Part shown: positions 13,381-26,763 of the stretch, one piece after another
How positions within the stretch are numbered: position 1 is the first letter of the stretch
How the letters are laid out: every line of letters starts with the position of its first letter
NCBI GenBank assembly: GCA_000934665.2
Contig: KZ538216.1
Coordinates: forward strand, 1-64,000
DNA length: 64,000 nucleotides
DNA from: Catajapyx aquilonaris
Lineage: Eukaryota
Direction: 5' to 3'
Notes under the pieces: model-generated
What the model was told of the DNA's origin: nothing
Databases searched by the model: none
Seen by the model: the letters and a program-made list of their open reading frames with translations, nothing else
Translations under genes and position numbers: made by a program

Positions 13381-14948
13381 GCTGAAAACCAACTACGTAG
13401 AATTTGGTTGTACCGATAATGATACAGTAAATTGTGCATGATTGATGTACAAGTACTGACAAAAATGCAAAGAAAATCTCATTTCGTAGACTTGCTTCAA
13501 AAAGTTGTGCTCGGTGCAATGTACGAAGGTTTCACTCTGTTGCATAGCAATACATGTTCCAACCAAATCACCGAATATACTATATATTTCGCATATTATT
13601 TGGTTGAGATGGTTGTGTGAAGGTAATCATTTCCACGGAATAGGTACAATGTATGCCGGGTAGAAACACACTGTAGAACTACATTCGCAATTCAGCCAGA
13701 CTCGAGACAATGCATACAGTATGGTAGCACTGCATGCTTTCCATCTTGCCGAGCTCATTATCATAGGCAATTCCTTCTATTTCTCAGTCCTGGAACGAGC
13801 GAATAATAATGCGAGCTGAATTGCCATTCTATGTCGGCAGCACTTGTAGCTCGCTTGCTTTCTTGAGGGGAGACGCCTTTCTGAAGAAAGGGAAAGGGAA
13901 GGTGAAAGGCAAAAAAAAACACACTGTCCGGAGTATTCAGGATGCAAAATGAAGGCTCTAGGAATACGCTTGCTCTTTTACGTCCTTAATCCGGAATTAT
14001 AGCTCTATTAAAAGGTTCTAGAGCAGTATCTGATTGGGGATCCCTAATTGGAACTTTCACGAGCAAGACGAAGCAATCAAGAGGGAAGGTGGGAGATGGG
14101 GAGGAACCAGCTGGAGTCTTTATTTTCACTTTTTTCTCGACTTTTTTTAGCCCTTCCTATTCCCATTTGACAATATATATTTGCTTGCAATTAAATAAAA
14201 GCGATTTTCTAAATTTGGTGTCATTAATATTCATTCCTCATTAATCGAGGTGGACGTTTGGGGCTGGAAAGAATCAGCATTGTTGGAAGGAAGCATTGTT
14301 CCCGATTAGACCAGTTGCAGTACCAGCATCGTCGCCGCCACCATCCGAAAGATAAGGCATCGCAGCAGCTGGAGCACAAGTTATCGGTGGAGATGGATGG
14401 GAATGGAGGAGAGCGAGTCTTACAGCAAATCGCTAAAGTTCCAGCGGACATTCCCAGCAATCTGGACCCATTGCCAATGATGGCGTGATAATTACAGCCG
14501 GAGTAAAGGCTGGAGGAAATGGGTGGAAGGGGTTGCTAATCGCCTGGGAAGCCATTAGAGAGGAACAAGTGCTTCTCTTTCAGGATATGCACCGTTGTTT
14601 TTCAGAGTGCCCATAACCACCCTGGGTTCAGTCCGGGAGGGGACGTTGACAACAGAGTGCAAAGTCGCCATTATGTAGGGAATCCCCCCGGAAGTGGTGG
14701 AGCTAAGTGTGACGTGACATCAGAATCCGTAGGGTTGTTGTCGACATTGGGAAGAGAGTTGCTGTCGAAGTCAAGGGAAACGTGGAGCAATCGTGTGATG
14801 GAAGTTGGTCTGTCCCTTCAAGTGATGCTTACTTCGCCTACTCTCTAATAAAATCTCGAATATTCCTTGGTTGCTCTTGGCGGAAGAGATAGTTTTGCTG
14901 ACAGAGGAAGCAAATAAAATGACAGTGACATTCCGGAATAAATATGTT

Positions 14949-15186
14949 GAGGGTGTTTCTCTGTCCAAGTTGACGATCCGAAGAGCAGTGTGTATGGGAA
15001 GGAGTTGATTGATTATTCACCCCTGCTGATGTAAACAAAGTCAGCGGTATACAAAAGGGTAAAGGAAGACCTAAATCTGGTTCCGAATCTGCACCGGAGT
15101 TCGAATGAGAACCAAGGGTGACTAATCCATCAACTCTTCCCCGTCGACCCTTTCCCTATTGTCAACTTGGACAGAGGAACGCCCTG
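14949..15186. mobile_element. MITE with long terminal inverted repeats, Tc1/mariner-like ends
   Basis: Left gagggtgtttctctgtccaagttgac pairs with right gtcaacttggacagaggaacgccctg; an inner pair ggagttgattgattattcaccc / gggtgactaatccatcaactc is also inverted. The CAGGGTG-type terminus is typical of Tc1/mariner; TA TSD eroded. Confidence 0.7.
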
Positions 15187-18100
15187 AATTTTTTCGGCCC
15201 CACCTTTTTTTCCATTCACTGTTCATTGATAAAAGAGTTATTTATAACGGAAAGTTATAATTACGAAGTCACATATGCTTCCACTACTACAAAGTTCAGT
15301 GACATTAAGTTATGATTCCTACAACTTATAGGAGGAGTTCCTCTCAACCAAACTATCACTTTATGTAGAGGTGTTAACTGAGGCTGTAGGGATGAATTGA
15401 CACCTATAAATAAAGTTATTATCAGATTCCCAGGAACTCACTCTAGAGGTTTGTCGGAATCATTTTGAAACACCCTGATTAGCATCACATGGTTTCAATA
15501 CACTAATTCCTCAGTGGTTACCTGTCTTCTACGGATGCAGGCACTGCAGTAATTATGCTTAATTCATTAGTACAGTGCTATACAGTACGACTACCAAACT
15601 CCTGATTCAGTTGGCGCAAAGTGCAAATAATGTCCGTGTTAGCAGAAAAATTAGTAGCCTAGAGTAAGTTGACATTTGAATATGATTACAGGGCGGATCA
15701 GAACTGCATGTTATCCATCTGTGCTTTGGCACAAACCAATTATTCTAAAATATAAAATATTCCTAATGGTAACGTAACGAAGCCTGGCAACAACCACATA
15801 TACGATATATCATTGCCGATTAAAAAATTACTAGTATCATGCAACCATCGGAGTTGATCACGGACAACATATATGATACAACTCACCTGTCATTTTCCCG
15901 TCAATTAGGTTGGATAAAACGTTCGCTGTAGCGGTTAGAGAAATGAATACTGCGCATCACAGAGAGCTAGCATGATTTTATTTACCGTTTCCCTAGGCAC
16001 GCACTATAGCCTGCACATACACAAGCCAATATTGCACTTCATCTGGCGGTGCCCTGTAAATCGACTGTTATGGCCCGGAAAACTGTTTGCAAATTTCGCT
16101 CCACATGTTATTCAAGCCTCTGATGGCTGCACCCATATGCCTTAGAGTCAGCACCATGATTATGCAACGTGTTATTTTTGCGCTAAAACACTAGATCTAG
16201 GCCTATACCTGTGCCCGCATCACAGTACTGCTGCTATTTAGTGAATACAACAGGGGCACGCTCACGGGCAAGTAGCTCTGAGGCCAAACAAATATTCCGC
16301 TTCATAGCTGCGGAAATTGTGTAATTATTGTTACTAGTTTTAATTATAATTATTCCCAAAAGAAAGGATTCCTCGTGTAATAGCGTAAATTTGTCACTTA
16401 CAGCGATGATTGCATGAAAATACGAGAGAATGTGCCATGCGCAAAAGCAATTATCATTATCATGCACACTAATATTTGCAATATTAATGAAAAGCAAATG
16501 CATTTAATAATTGCGTTGCACAACAATCTCGATTAATTTTGGCATAACATAGTACACAATATACGCACGTTCACTGTAATCAAATTGCAAAGGTTGTTGG
16601 GACCCACTGATATTCACAGCCTTTGAAAAATCAGACCATAACAGTCCCAAAATATCCGCCACGAGAAAAAGCTAGTCGAGCGAAATAATTTAAGCCCGGA
16701 TAGGCTTTCGTTAGGAAAATAATCTCGTCAAGTATTCAGAGAGGAAGGAAATAATTTAACTGGAGAGCTATCAAAGCGAATGACAAGATGGAGTGTCCAC
16801 ACCGGGGCACCTTTCATCTTGGCAGCAATTACAGGATTGCATATGCATTGTCCCCTGGTGACCCTAGGCCACCCACCTCCCTACTCTCTAGGCAGCTTTG
16901 ATCAATACACCACCCACCGACCCCCTCTCTAGCCCGCACCGCTATGCTGTGTATAGAGCAGGGGAAGGAGAAGAGGCTGGGGAGAGGCTGGGAGGGGGCT
17001 GGAGGGCGTGCGAGACGGAAAAATGTTGGCAGGGGAGTGTCGGACAGCGAAAAGTAATGAAACGTTGGTTTGGGTGAGACGAAGCGAGGACAAGGGGACA
17101 GAAGGCCAGAGAAAAGGAGGTTGGAGAGAAAAAGAACTCCCAAGAAAAATAAGAAGAGGGAAACTCCCCCCCCCCCTCCCTCCCCACCCACTCAAAAAAA
17201 AGCCTTGTTCAGTGTGGGGTGCGGGGAGAAAATTCGGCCAGGGAATTTCAATTCCCTATCCACACCCAAATCTGTGATGTCAAAATGACATTTCTATATC
17301 TATGCCGGAAATGGGGGCTGATTTTCAAAATGGAGTAGGCACGTGGAGTCTACAACGGTCCGAGTAATGTGCGACCACTGCGTCCCCTACCTCGCTCCAC
17401 ACCAACTAAATGTAATGCTCCACTAATCAGGTTGACAACTGAGCTAGACAGATGGTTTTATAATTGCAACCAGACGGGGTCAGAAATATTTAATCCGGGG
17501 CTACGCAAAGTTTTCATTCAGGAGGTGACGACGAGATTGCCTTTTCCTGTCGACTCAATAATGCATGCCATTTTATCTGGTGGGCTCGTTTCACTGTCTA
17601 CGCCGTTGTTTGTCACTTTAATTAGCATACTGGCCCGGATTCGTCACAAGCCTTCCCTGGGATGCCATCGCAGCATCTGATTCTATTAGCATGCACCAAT
17701 ATTTAGACAGTTCTCAAATTGGCAAAAAATAGCCACGCAAGAGTAATCAGGATGGGGGAGTGCGACACACTCCTGTGGTTGATAACGGGACACGTTATCA
17801 GTGTGCTGGCGTTGTTTACACATGAGATACCTGGTATGTGGGGATGGACCCTAACTTCAACATGCTCATCAGTCTGGATACAACCTATGGTTGGCCTACA
17901 ATCAGATGCAGCCTCCCTGGATGTTGCTGCGTGTACTCTACCGTGATTGGTTCAGCAAAAATTTATCAAAATTTAATTCAAATCTTTACGATGAATGCAT
18001 ATTTTATATCCGCTGTATAAACTTGTTATTACTTCACGACATGGTCATTTTTCTGCAAATATGTGGTTTTTATACGAGAAAGTGCCGAAAATTAAAACCA

Positions 18101-18599
18101 GCCAGCATTGTTCAGGCACTCCAAATTTCGCTGCACTTTGCTTCTCGCTTCCAAGCCACTGAATTTTCACCTGAGTTTCCATGCCCACTGGTGAAAAGGG
18201 CTTGGCAGGTTCTACTCCCCGAAAGTAGGTCTCTCTAAATAGCATGCACGCAGGACTGACTGGTGTTGACGGGCAAGAAAAGAATCACTTGGAAAACTTT
18301 TTGACTAGCCCTTGTACGTTTCAATAGTGGGGAAGGAGGGAGCTCTTTAGACTCATAGGGGCAATCGAGTGGCACCGGGAACGGACCTCCATCTGACCCG
18401 AGATTGTCCATTGCGAACCGTGGAGGGAGGCCAAATCGGTGCGATATTTTATTCCACCTGGCAGTTCAATATAGATCCCGGCCAATCCCATTACTTGCTC
18501 TGATTTTATCGGAAGGCTCTCTCCCGTCCCCCTCCTGCTCACCCACCTCAGGAACGAGAGGAGTCTAAAGGAAAGAGAAAGGAGCCAGAAAAATGGGGG

Positions 18600-20430
18600 A
18601 CGAGCACGTGGAGGAAAATACTGACATCTCGGACTTCTTCTCAAACAATTCTTTCCCCTGTATATTGAACAAGTTGTCATTTATTCACACTTCAGTCCGA
18701 TACAGCTAGAGCGTGCCACGCCAGAGAATGAACGAGCAGAATCATCAGGGTGGAAGAATGGTGAAGAATAGCTCCGATGACAGCACTGTATGTCTCATAT
18801 TTAGTCAAGGTTGGAAGCAAATTATTATTCAGGCATCGACTGATGTGAGTAGTACAAATGACATGGTGTGAGTGTGGATAGGGATAGTGCAATATTCTCA
18901 CAGTCTCATAGGTCTGTGACCGCAATGTATTCCGTAACTTCCCAACGTTTTAAAGGTCAAGCCCATGCCCTAATGGGCCAGCCTCCAGATCCGTCTGCAC
19001 CCGATACAGCAGAAGCCTCGAAATGACTTCTCCAGTGCGCTGTCAGCATATTGATTAAGTCGTGAACCCGGTTTTTTTTTGTGGTTCCAGCGCGTCATCC
19101 AAAGACTTGGCGAACTATACAGCGCTGCATTCCACATGGTTGAATAACAGAACGGATGCATTACCGCCGAGTCAACATTTGCTGAAATATCCCTACTGTT
19201 GCATCGAACGTGCTTTTGGTCCACTATAATCGCACATAATGTGGTCCGGTCCATTCAACAATGGGGCTATTGACAAAAATGACGCCAGCCACACTGTTTA
19301 CTTACGACTCCCGACAAAAGGCAGACCGGTAATCAGCAAAATGTGCCAGTGCAGTATAAATAACGAGGGCTGAAAGGATTTGCGATATTCCGTTGGTATC
19401 ATCGCAACTTACTAGCACTCATTAGCCTCGCGTATTTTCCCTAATATTTCCTTCGGCTTCTGATAAAGCCAGCTGAAGCCGGTGCCTATGTTTTATACGC
19501 CCAATTTCGCAATACCGTTTCCTCAGTAAATCTGAGGGGGCAATGATAAAGTATGGATTATAATTTCCCAGACTTTATAATTTCCCTCGAGTACTATGGG
19601 CTGTCCTGCGAGCAAAGGAGGGGGTTTTCAGACAGTAGTGGAGTTTTGAAATGTTAGAACGTGGTTTGGAGATGAGCGCATTAAATTCTCATTGTGCCTC
19701 TTATACCTTTATTTTCCCAGACAAAATCATATTTCCAATATGCTGCTCCAGGCTACTGTTCGCATGCCCACCTCCTAGTCCCTCTAGGCGGTAAATAGCT
19801 CAAAGCTCCATCATAATACTATTTTCAGGGTGGAACATGATCTTTCAGGCAAAGTGACTGAAGTCAGTATTTTTTGCTCCAAAGAACCGATTCGAAGGCG
19901 CGTGTTGCATCAAGTTTCCCAAATCACTTTCCTTCGTGCCTTCTAGGTAAAGAAAGCGGCTGCAGGATGGGGACTTCTTCACTATCCAGTTACCAATTTA
20001 AGGCTATTTTTAGGATCAGTGCTAGTTTGATTGAAATGTCAAGTTGGAAGCAGCCTAGTGTGGATATTTTGCGTCGTGCTTTCAAAATAATCAACCACAT
20101 CCATCAAGTGTCTGAAATCTGATGTTGCTAATATATTCTCCAGTACTAAATTAGCTTAATATTTCCCGAACACTTGCTAGCTCTCCAGAAGAAAGTTTCC
20201 GTCGAGGACAGTCGCAAGAAAAAAACCTAGGCACATTATGATATCCCAGAGGGCTGTAAATTTCCCATCTGGTGGTGTAGGGGCAGGGTTAGAGATGGGG
20301 TATGAGGTAGAGAGGGTGCTAAGCTGCTTATCCCAAGACAGCTGCAAGAGGAGAAGCCTCTCCAACACGCCTGACTGCTTGCCACTCTTCAGGTCTCCCA
20401 CCCACAAGATCGATGACCGGAAGCCATGTT
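18600..20430 (-). mobile_element. Fragmented fossil LINE: endonuclease C-terminus (~20430-19950) and RT N-terminus (~18930-18600)
   Basis: ILWVGDLKS...ISNPAPT...LWDIIM and ISDT (cf. GDFN...PT...LD..., SDH); RCLNNNLLPTLTK...SSTLMILL...WHAL (cf. RI.N.RL..YL...ST..AL...W..ALD). Confidence 0.45.
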
Positions 20431-21179
20431 GGGGATTTTTGTGATTGCTACCAACCTAGTGTGTGATCCACGCATCCACGCAAAAATTACATTTGGGTTA
20501 GAGTAGGTGGTGAATGGTGCTCAGCCCCCTAAATGAAGGGCCATCAGGCGTTTTGAATAGAAAATTCCCCGATCTTTTGAGTGGTGAATCCAACATGTTC
20601 CATCTAACCCTCATTTTTTTGGAGATGAGGGTGGAAGGGAGCATGAAATGGCGGTTAAGGTTTCATTATTACCATCCTGTTTCGTATGGAAAATGATCCG
20701 CTCTTTTTGGCTGGAGGGTTCGACATGCGGGTAGGCAGAATACCCTACCAGCCTATTCAGAGGTCTGTACAAGGAACGGGGTAAACGGCCCATTTCTACA
20801 GTGTGCGGGACCGAGCTGTGCGAGAAACTACTCCAGAGCAGAATTGTCGGTGATACATAGCCTATTAATGATTCATCTCAAGTGGGGCTTGAATTTTAAA
20901 CAAAATTCTGCTGCATGCTATTAGTTCATTGGCGGGAAGCTCATTCAAGTTGAGTGTTAAATATGCTGGAAGTGTGGTTGTATGCTAAGAACCTGCCGGT
21001 TTTACAGAATTTGTATTCAGTTTTATTTACAGTAGAGAGCAAATAGCATGCAAATCATGCAGAGCCTGGCTTTCATGCAACTGTAGGTTACCGAGAGCGG
21101 TAGATGTTAATGTTGCACCTACATGAAGGTATTGAAATAATGACGCACTGCTGCTGTCAATTAATTCAACCACACGTCA

Positions 21180-21720
21180 TGTGCAGGTAAACAACGCATT
21201 CAATGCTTTTGTATGCTTATTCACGACACCATTATATACACTTCACAAAACCATTGAATTATGCGCTGTGAAAGTTGGTGGCATATATCTGCACGTATGG
21301 AACATTGCCAACGTATTTTCCGACTTTAAGACACGAGGAAGTCCATGGGCAAACCTTACATTTTGCTTTATCTAATGACACGTTTTCATCATTTTCTTTC
21401 CGTATTATGAGACTACTATGCTGGGAAGTGGGGCCAACATGGGGCACAACCACTGAAAGTCTTTTTCTTCAATAAAAAACCTGCGAAGTATGTTACAAGT
21501 GACATGGACCAGCGCAAAGCACAAGGTTACTGCTAGTAATTCTATGCGAAGAGACTGTCCCTTTGGGATTGTAGAATGCCATAGAGTATGAAGACAATGA
21601 TGCCACATTTCGCCGGATGGTGATGAGTGATGTAACTGGACGGTCATCAGGGGAAACAAGGGTGCGGTTGGCTATAAGCCGACTTTGATAATAACTATAA
21701 TATGATACCCATTTCAATTC
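21180..21720 (-). mobile_element. Fossil LINE RT C-terminal fragment
   Basis: KWVSYYSY, STIPKGQSL (cf. GVPQGSVL), ENVSLDKAKCKV (cf. N.L.LN..KCKV), GVVNKHTKALNAL (cf. VVNKA.K.LG.L). Confidence 0.5.
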
Positions 21721-24648
21721 ATATATACTGTACATTCTGGCTGTTCATGCCATGGGGGGGGGAGGTTGCTTTCACGTCGATGTTTGTCATTATTTACGTC
21801 GCTAATGGTTGGCGCAATGGCGCCTCTATATTTGACACTTATTTTGGGCCGAGGAATCAACTGGTGGACGATCAAAATACTAATGTATAGTTTAAAAACC
21901 CTTTAATAACGAGGAGTTCAAAATTTTGATGCTAGTGACGCAAAACTTTGCAAAATGTTAATTAATGACCATGAGTTATAATGGTGGAATTTGAGAGGCG
22001 TTCGCCAGTTCATTAGCTAATTGAATCCAGTTTTGATTCAACAAATGTCCTTTTGTGCCCATTATTCTGAAATTTTACTTTGTTACATCGCAATAGTATT
22101 TTATTTTACTCCCTGTCAGCAATGAAAGTTTGGAATCGTATGAACCTGGGACAAATGAAGGAAAGAAGTGGGGAAGGCATGAAGGGGCAAAGGTTAATTG
22201 AGGTCAGTGTATGTTACTGAACAGGAGATTTATTTAGATATCTGGGGGAGGATCATGTTCTCTCGGGAGATTATTCCAGGTAAGTTCAGTCCCTTCTATT
22301 TTTTTCATAGTTCAGACCATGACTTTTTCACTCGTACGACACGGAATATATGTGCGTACATATTACAAGTTTTCAAAAGGGTAAAACAACTGCTTAAAGC
22401 TGACGGATGCGGAGCTCACCAGGGGGGNGGGGGGGGTTTGTTGATTATCCTGGCACGATGCAACACCTCTTGCTCACAGACGTCACATGGAATGGCATGT
22501 AAATGATGTTAATAATTTGGGTCGATGCGTGATAGGATCGAAATATGCCCGAGCTATACAAGAGCCACGAATGGTTCTATATAATGGCGGCCACACGGGC
22601 TACTACCCTTATCCTCTTTCGCACATCGTTTCCCACTGTAGACCGTATACTGTACTATGAACAGGAACATGACGTCCCTCGATGTGGTTTTCCCGAGGCC
22701 GTCCTGTCAATAGTGTCCACCTTTACCGGAAGATTATGGGATGATTATATTCCCTTTGGTGCCCGGCCTTGCCTTAATTATTAGGCCTATACAAGCCACT
22801 TGGACACTGCTCCGTTTTCTTCATCTGGTCAACTATTGCAATTATGAATTTTTGTATTTCCGGCAGCCCTGCAAAATTCCACGATATCGAATAGAGTATA
22901 GCTATATTTTTGTATGGAATTGACAGGATATTCTTGATGCTGCATATTGAGCAAAGGTATATTATAGAGTGTTTGCCTGAGTTATTCCCATTAGCACTGC
23001 TCCTGAGTAAATAATCATAATCAGAAAATGACCAGTTAGAACCACGTGGCATTTCTTTTGGGACAACAATAAATCGTGAATATGTATAATTTGACACATT
23101 GTAAGATAAGTTTAATTTACTGAGGTTGATATGCAAATATCCCGACACAAACATCATGATTTATTACACAAATATTTTGATTGCCGTTATGCTATTCATC
23201 AATATGTTCACGGTCAATCAGTCATACTTTCAAGCGTGAGTATTTGATTTTCATTAGCATAATCCATAATCGTTGGTGTGCATGTGCACAATATTACTAT
23301 CCTCTTCATTTTAAGGCTCTTGAATAATGAATCATTAATAATGATCTAGACAAAATTCCCGAAGAAACTCATGGATCATTTGATCTCTCAAGCTTCAGAT
23401 AAATTAGTATTAATTTTAAAATGAATGATACTGTATCCTATGTGCACTGTGCAGCTTATGACACTTCCATCGCCTCGGCGACTGCTTGCTATACCACATC
23501 AGATCTAGTCGTAACTTTAATTAAAATTGCATGACGACAACACTAATTAAAAATGCAAGGTGCACGGAAGGAGGCACACGTATGCATACCGTGATATTTT
23601 ATACCTTGTTAGCTTATTATCTCGGGGTACCGGAGATACATAGTCCAATCTTCTGGCACAGTACAGATGAATGCACTAGTGGTTTCTCTGAATAATTATA
23701 ACCTCATATTGAGATATTTGGGGCATATTCATATGCGAATTCCGCTCCAGAGATTCATAACTTAGACAAATGCTCTTTGACCCTATCTTATTTTCACTTA
23801 TGTCTATGAAGCCTCCGACTGTAATAATGTTAAAAGAATCCAGGAGAATAGTAGAATCCACTCAGACTCTACTATTATATACTTGTTGAATTTGAGTCAT
23901 CGTCCGAGTCGCCAAGTGGGCCAAAGTGTGCCCTGAGCCACTCTTTCCCACATAGGCTCCAGGTTTTTATGGCAAACTTGTGGAACGCAGTTTCCATTTC
24001 TTAGTCTCCCAAAGGCTGATGTTCTTCCCCATTCTGGACCTCGCTTAGGAAAGACCCATTAATCTGGTCCTCCTTTCTTCAAGGAAGAATACTGTGCTTC
24101 CCCCGTATCACCGACGGAAGAAAGGAAGATAACGACCGTAATTCGTTAGGTGAACAAGAGCAGTCCTTTCAGGTAGTGTGCTGACTAAGCTAGCCCCTTG
24201 ACAGGAGAAGGTCCACCCTGAATGTCGCTTACCGCCATTCTTAACCGCAAAACACAAACCAATCTATTCTTTGCTCGGCTACTGGCCGGCTCCTCTGGAC
24301 TCCCTGATCACTTTTCGGCTAGGAAATTGCACTTGACGAAAACGAGGCTTGCTTCCATTCCACCCTTCCTCTCCAGCACACTCCCGCCCGTCCATTCTCT
24401 CCATCCCCTATTGGCACGGACCTTGTGCTTCACAACCTCCTCACTTAATCGCACTTCCCATTCTATGCACGCCATCTTGTCTCCTCCGGGCTATTCCCTA
24501 CAGCAAGTGCAACGCCAAAGGACCCGGATGACAGCGATTCCATGCAGCGCGCCAAATTCTGTCTGCCTCGCTCGCACCGCCATTTTTATTCATGAGGACT
24601 TGCACCTCTTTGCACTTTTGCCATCCGATTGTTATCTCCGATGAAACA

Positions 24649-25003
24649 CATCCAATGTTACCCACTCCTAGTTCACCTCAGAACCTGAAATACTACCCAT
24701 TGTCAAAATGGCCGTTGCTCGGAATCGGATGAATGTGACAGGATCGTTTCGTATGTTTACGACATTCTTGGTGCTCGGTTTCTGGACCTGACGCTAATTC
24801 ATAGTCTGGTACTAAGTTGGTCGTGGTGAAGCCGCATCTACTCTTACCTACAGTTCACCTCGGAATCTGAAATGCGACCCTCTCTCAAGATGGCGGCGGA
24901 TTGTTGTCGCAATGTGGTGGCAACAGTCATTACTCATGTGTCACATGTTTACGACATTTATTATACAGGATGATGCACTCGACCTGACACTAATTCAGAG
25001 CTG
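24649..25003. repeat. Diverged tandem duplication, two units with starts ~186 bp apart
   Basis: Units ~24649-24808 and ~24835-25003 share agttcacctc.gaa.ctgaaat, tcaa.atggc, atgtttacgacatt and gacctgac.ctaattca.ag in the same order. Confidence 0.8.
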
Positions 25004-25946
25004 AAGCGGACTACATGGGATTACACTAATTCTGCCACATTTGTTTACACAGGACGGCAGAGGAATTTTTCTTTTTTGTGAGTGCCTATGTAGAGTCAGG
25101 TCTCTTCTGGGGGCCACACGTTGTACCCCTGACTCCAGGGGTACGACTAGCAAAATGAGATAGCCTTCCTTGATACGATACTCGCTTCCGCCAATAAACC
25201 TGGACTTGCCCTAACACCACAAAATCATTCGGCCTGTAATTATATTGCTAGCCTGAAAGCCGCGAGGGATGATTAAGGTTCCGTTCGATATCCGCTATAT
25301 TTTATAGCAGTGGTACTGGCAAATTACGGCAAATTACACCCTCAAGCAGCGTCAGTCCCTAGACTCTTTCGCTTCGAGCTTGTTTCGATATTGCGGAGCA
25401 GGGGTTGCGTCCAAACCGCGATGCAACGAATCAAAGTCTGCCCATGCTTGCAACACATTTTTCCTGCTTAGAGCGACACTTTTACAATGAAGCTAAACAT
25501 TGGCTTCCGCTAAGGTCAGGGGTCGGCAACTGTTTCCACGTTACACTGTCGGGCTTTGCTATTTCTGTCGGTCCCCTGACTCCCGGCGAATTCAGTAGAG
25601 GTTCTCCTCCGATAAATTTTGTGCAGATTTCTTGCATAGGCTTTGTTGCTAACATCTCTCAGGCATTTGAATGGACGTCATTTTTAGCTTTTCGAGGGAG
25701 CGGATATTGGACAAATAGTTCATATATGACAGCATGTGAGAAAAATACGTGCTGCAATCGACCATGCAGTCTCGCAATGTAGGTTATGTACACACTTCTG
25801 TGGCATTGTAGCACCTAGCTCATGTTGTGGCAGTGCTATCAGACGCAGAAAGGCTCCCGCTAAAATTATAAAGATAATAGAGGAAACACACAAGATAGTA
25901 TTTCATCAAACATAATAAATGCAGAAGCCTCAATACTGTGAAAATG

Positions 25947-26210
25947 CCGAAGCAGGTTGGTGTGGTGGTTAAGGAGTCGGGCTGCTAATCGGGAGGTACT
26001 GGGTTCGATTCCCGGGGCCGGCAATCCTGACAGTGGTTTTTTGTGGTTTCTCACGGTCTCCCCAGGATAATTCCGGGATTGCTTCCGTATAATAGGCCAC
26101 AGCCGCTTCCTTCCTTCCCTATCCTTGGCCCAATCCAATGGTGGTGGTCCACCCCAATAATGGAGCGCCGATTCTCCCAATGTGGCAAAAATAAATAAAT
26201 AAATAAATAA
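25947..26210 (+). mobile_element. tRNA-derived SINE, apparently full length
   Basis: Pol III A box tggtgtggtgg (25958-25968), B box ggttcgattcc (26002-26012), body with ggccacagccgcttccttcc, (TAAA)n tail, and 15-bp flanking direct repeats aatactgtgaaaatg (25932-25946) / aatactacgaaaatg (26211-26225) with 2 mismatches. Confidence 0.9.
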
Positions 26211-26349
26211 AATACTACGAAAATGGCTTCAGAAAGAAGGGAGATAATATCCTGGCATTTATGTAACCCTCAACACGTCCTAGCTTTTTAATTATTGTTA
26301 CCTTGCAGAAATTTTAAGTAGCTACCTTAAGTCAAGTAAATGTTAATTG

Positions 26350-26560
26350 GAGGAACTGTAGTGTAGTGGTAGTGGCTATCTCCACAGCATTCCACCCTTA
26401 AGGTTCCGAGTTCAATCCTCGGGTGAGACAGTAAAATTTCGCAGGTGGAAGGAGTACAGATATGCTCTCTCTCCCTGTTCGGGTGGTTTTTTTCGAAGTT
26501 CTCCCATTTCCTCCAACTCTCAAAATCAATCAGTATCGCAGTACTTGAATAAAGTCAGTA
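26350..26560 (+). mobile_element. Older, degenerate tRNA-derived SINE of a different family
   Basis: A-box-like tagtgtagtgg (26359-26369), B-box-like gagttcaatcc (26408-26418), and ggtttttttcgaagttctcccatttcctcc (26485-26514) resembling the GGTTTTCTCCGGGTACTCCGGTTTCCTCC core of V/Meta-type SINEs. No clear TSD. Confidence 0.6.
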
Positions 26561-26583
26561 TTTAAATGAGGATCCTCTTAAAG

Positions 26584-26763
26584 CAGAGGTTCTTAACCTT
26601 TTCGGGCCTCCGCACCCATTTGTAGACAATATTGGTCCTTGTCGCACCCCCTACACCAAGGGTGATTGATTAAGTTCATAGTTATACTAAGTCCAGAGGT
26701 GCACCTTGCTCACACCCCCACGCACCCCCTGGAGGTGCGGGCACCTCAGGTCAAGAACCGGGC
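26584..26763. mobile_element. Short non-autonomous hAT (Charlie-like) element
   Basis: Begins cagaggttcttaacct and ends aggtcaagaaccggg (imperfect terminal inverted repeat), with repeated gcacccc subterminal motifs. The right end is degenerate and the TSD is not recoverable. Confidence 0.55.

Noticed and set aside
25947..26030. Possible tRNA genes here and at 26350-26430 and 56107-56185
   Set aside because: A/B boxes are present but there is no convincing cloverleaf; each continues into a SINE body, two with tails and TSDs.
26320..26356. Candidate next Sidestep exon starting ag|TTCCTCCA (VPP)
   Set aside because: Stop after nine codons, poor pyrimidine tract, and it overlaps a SINE head.
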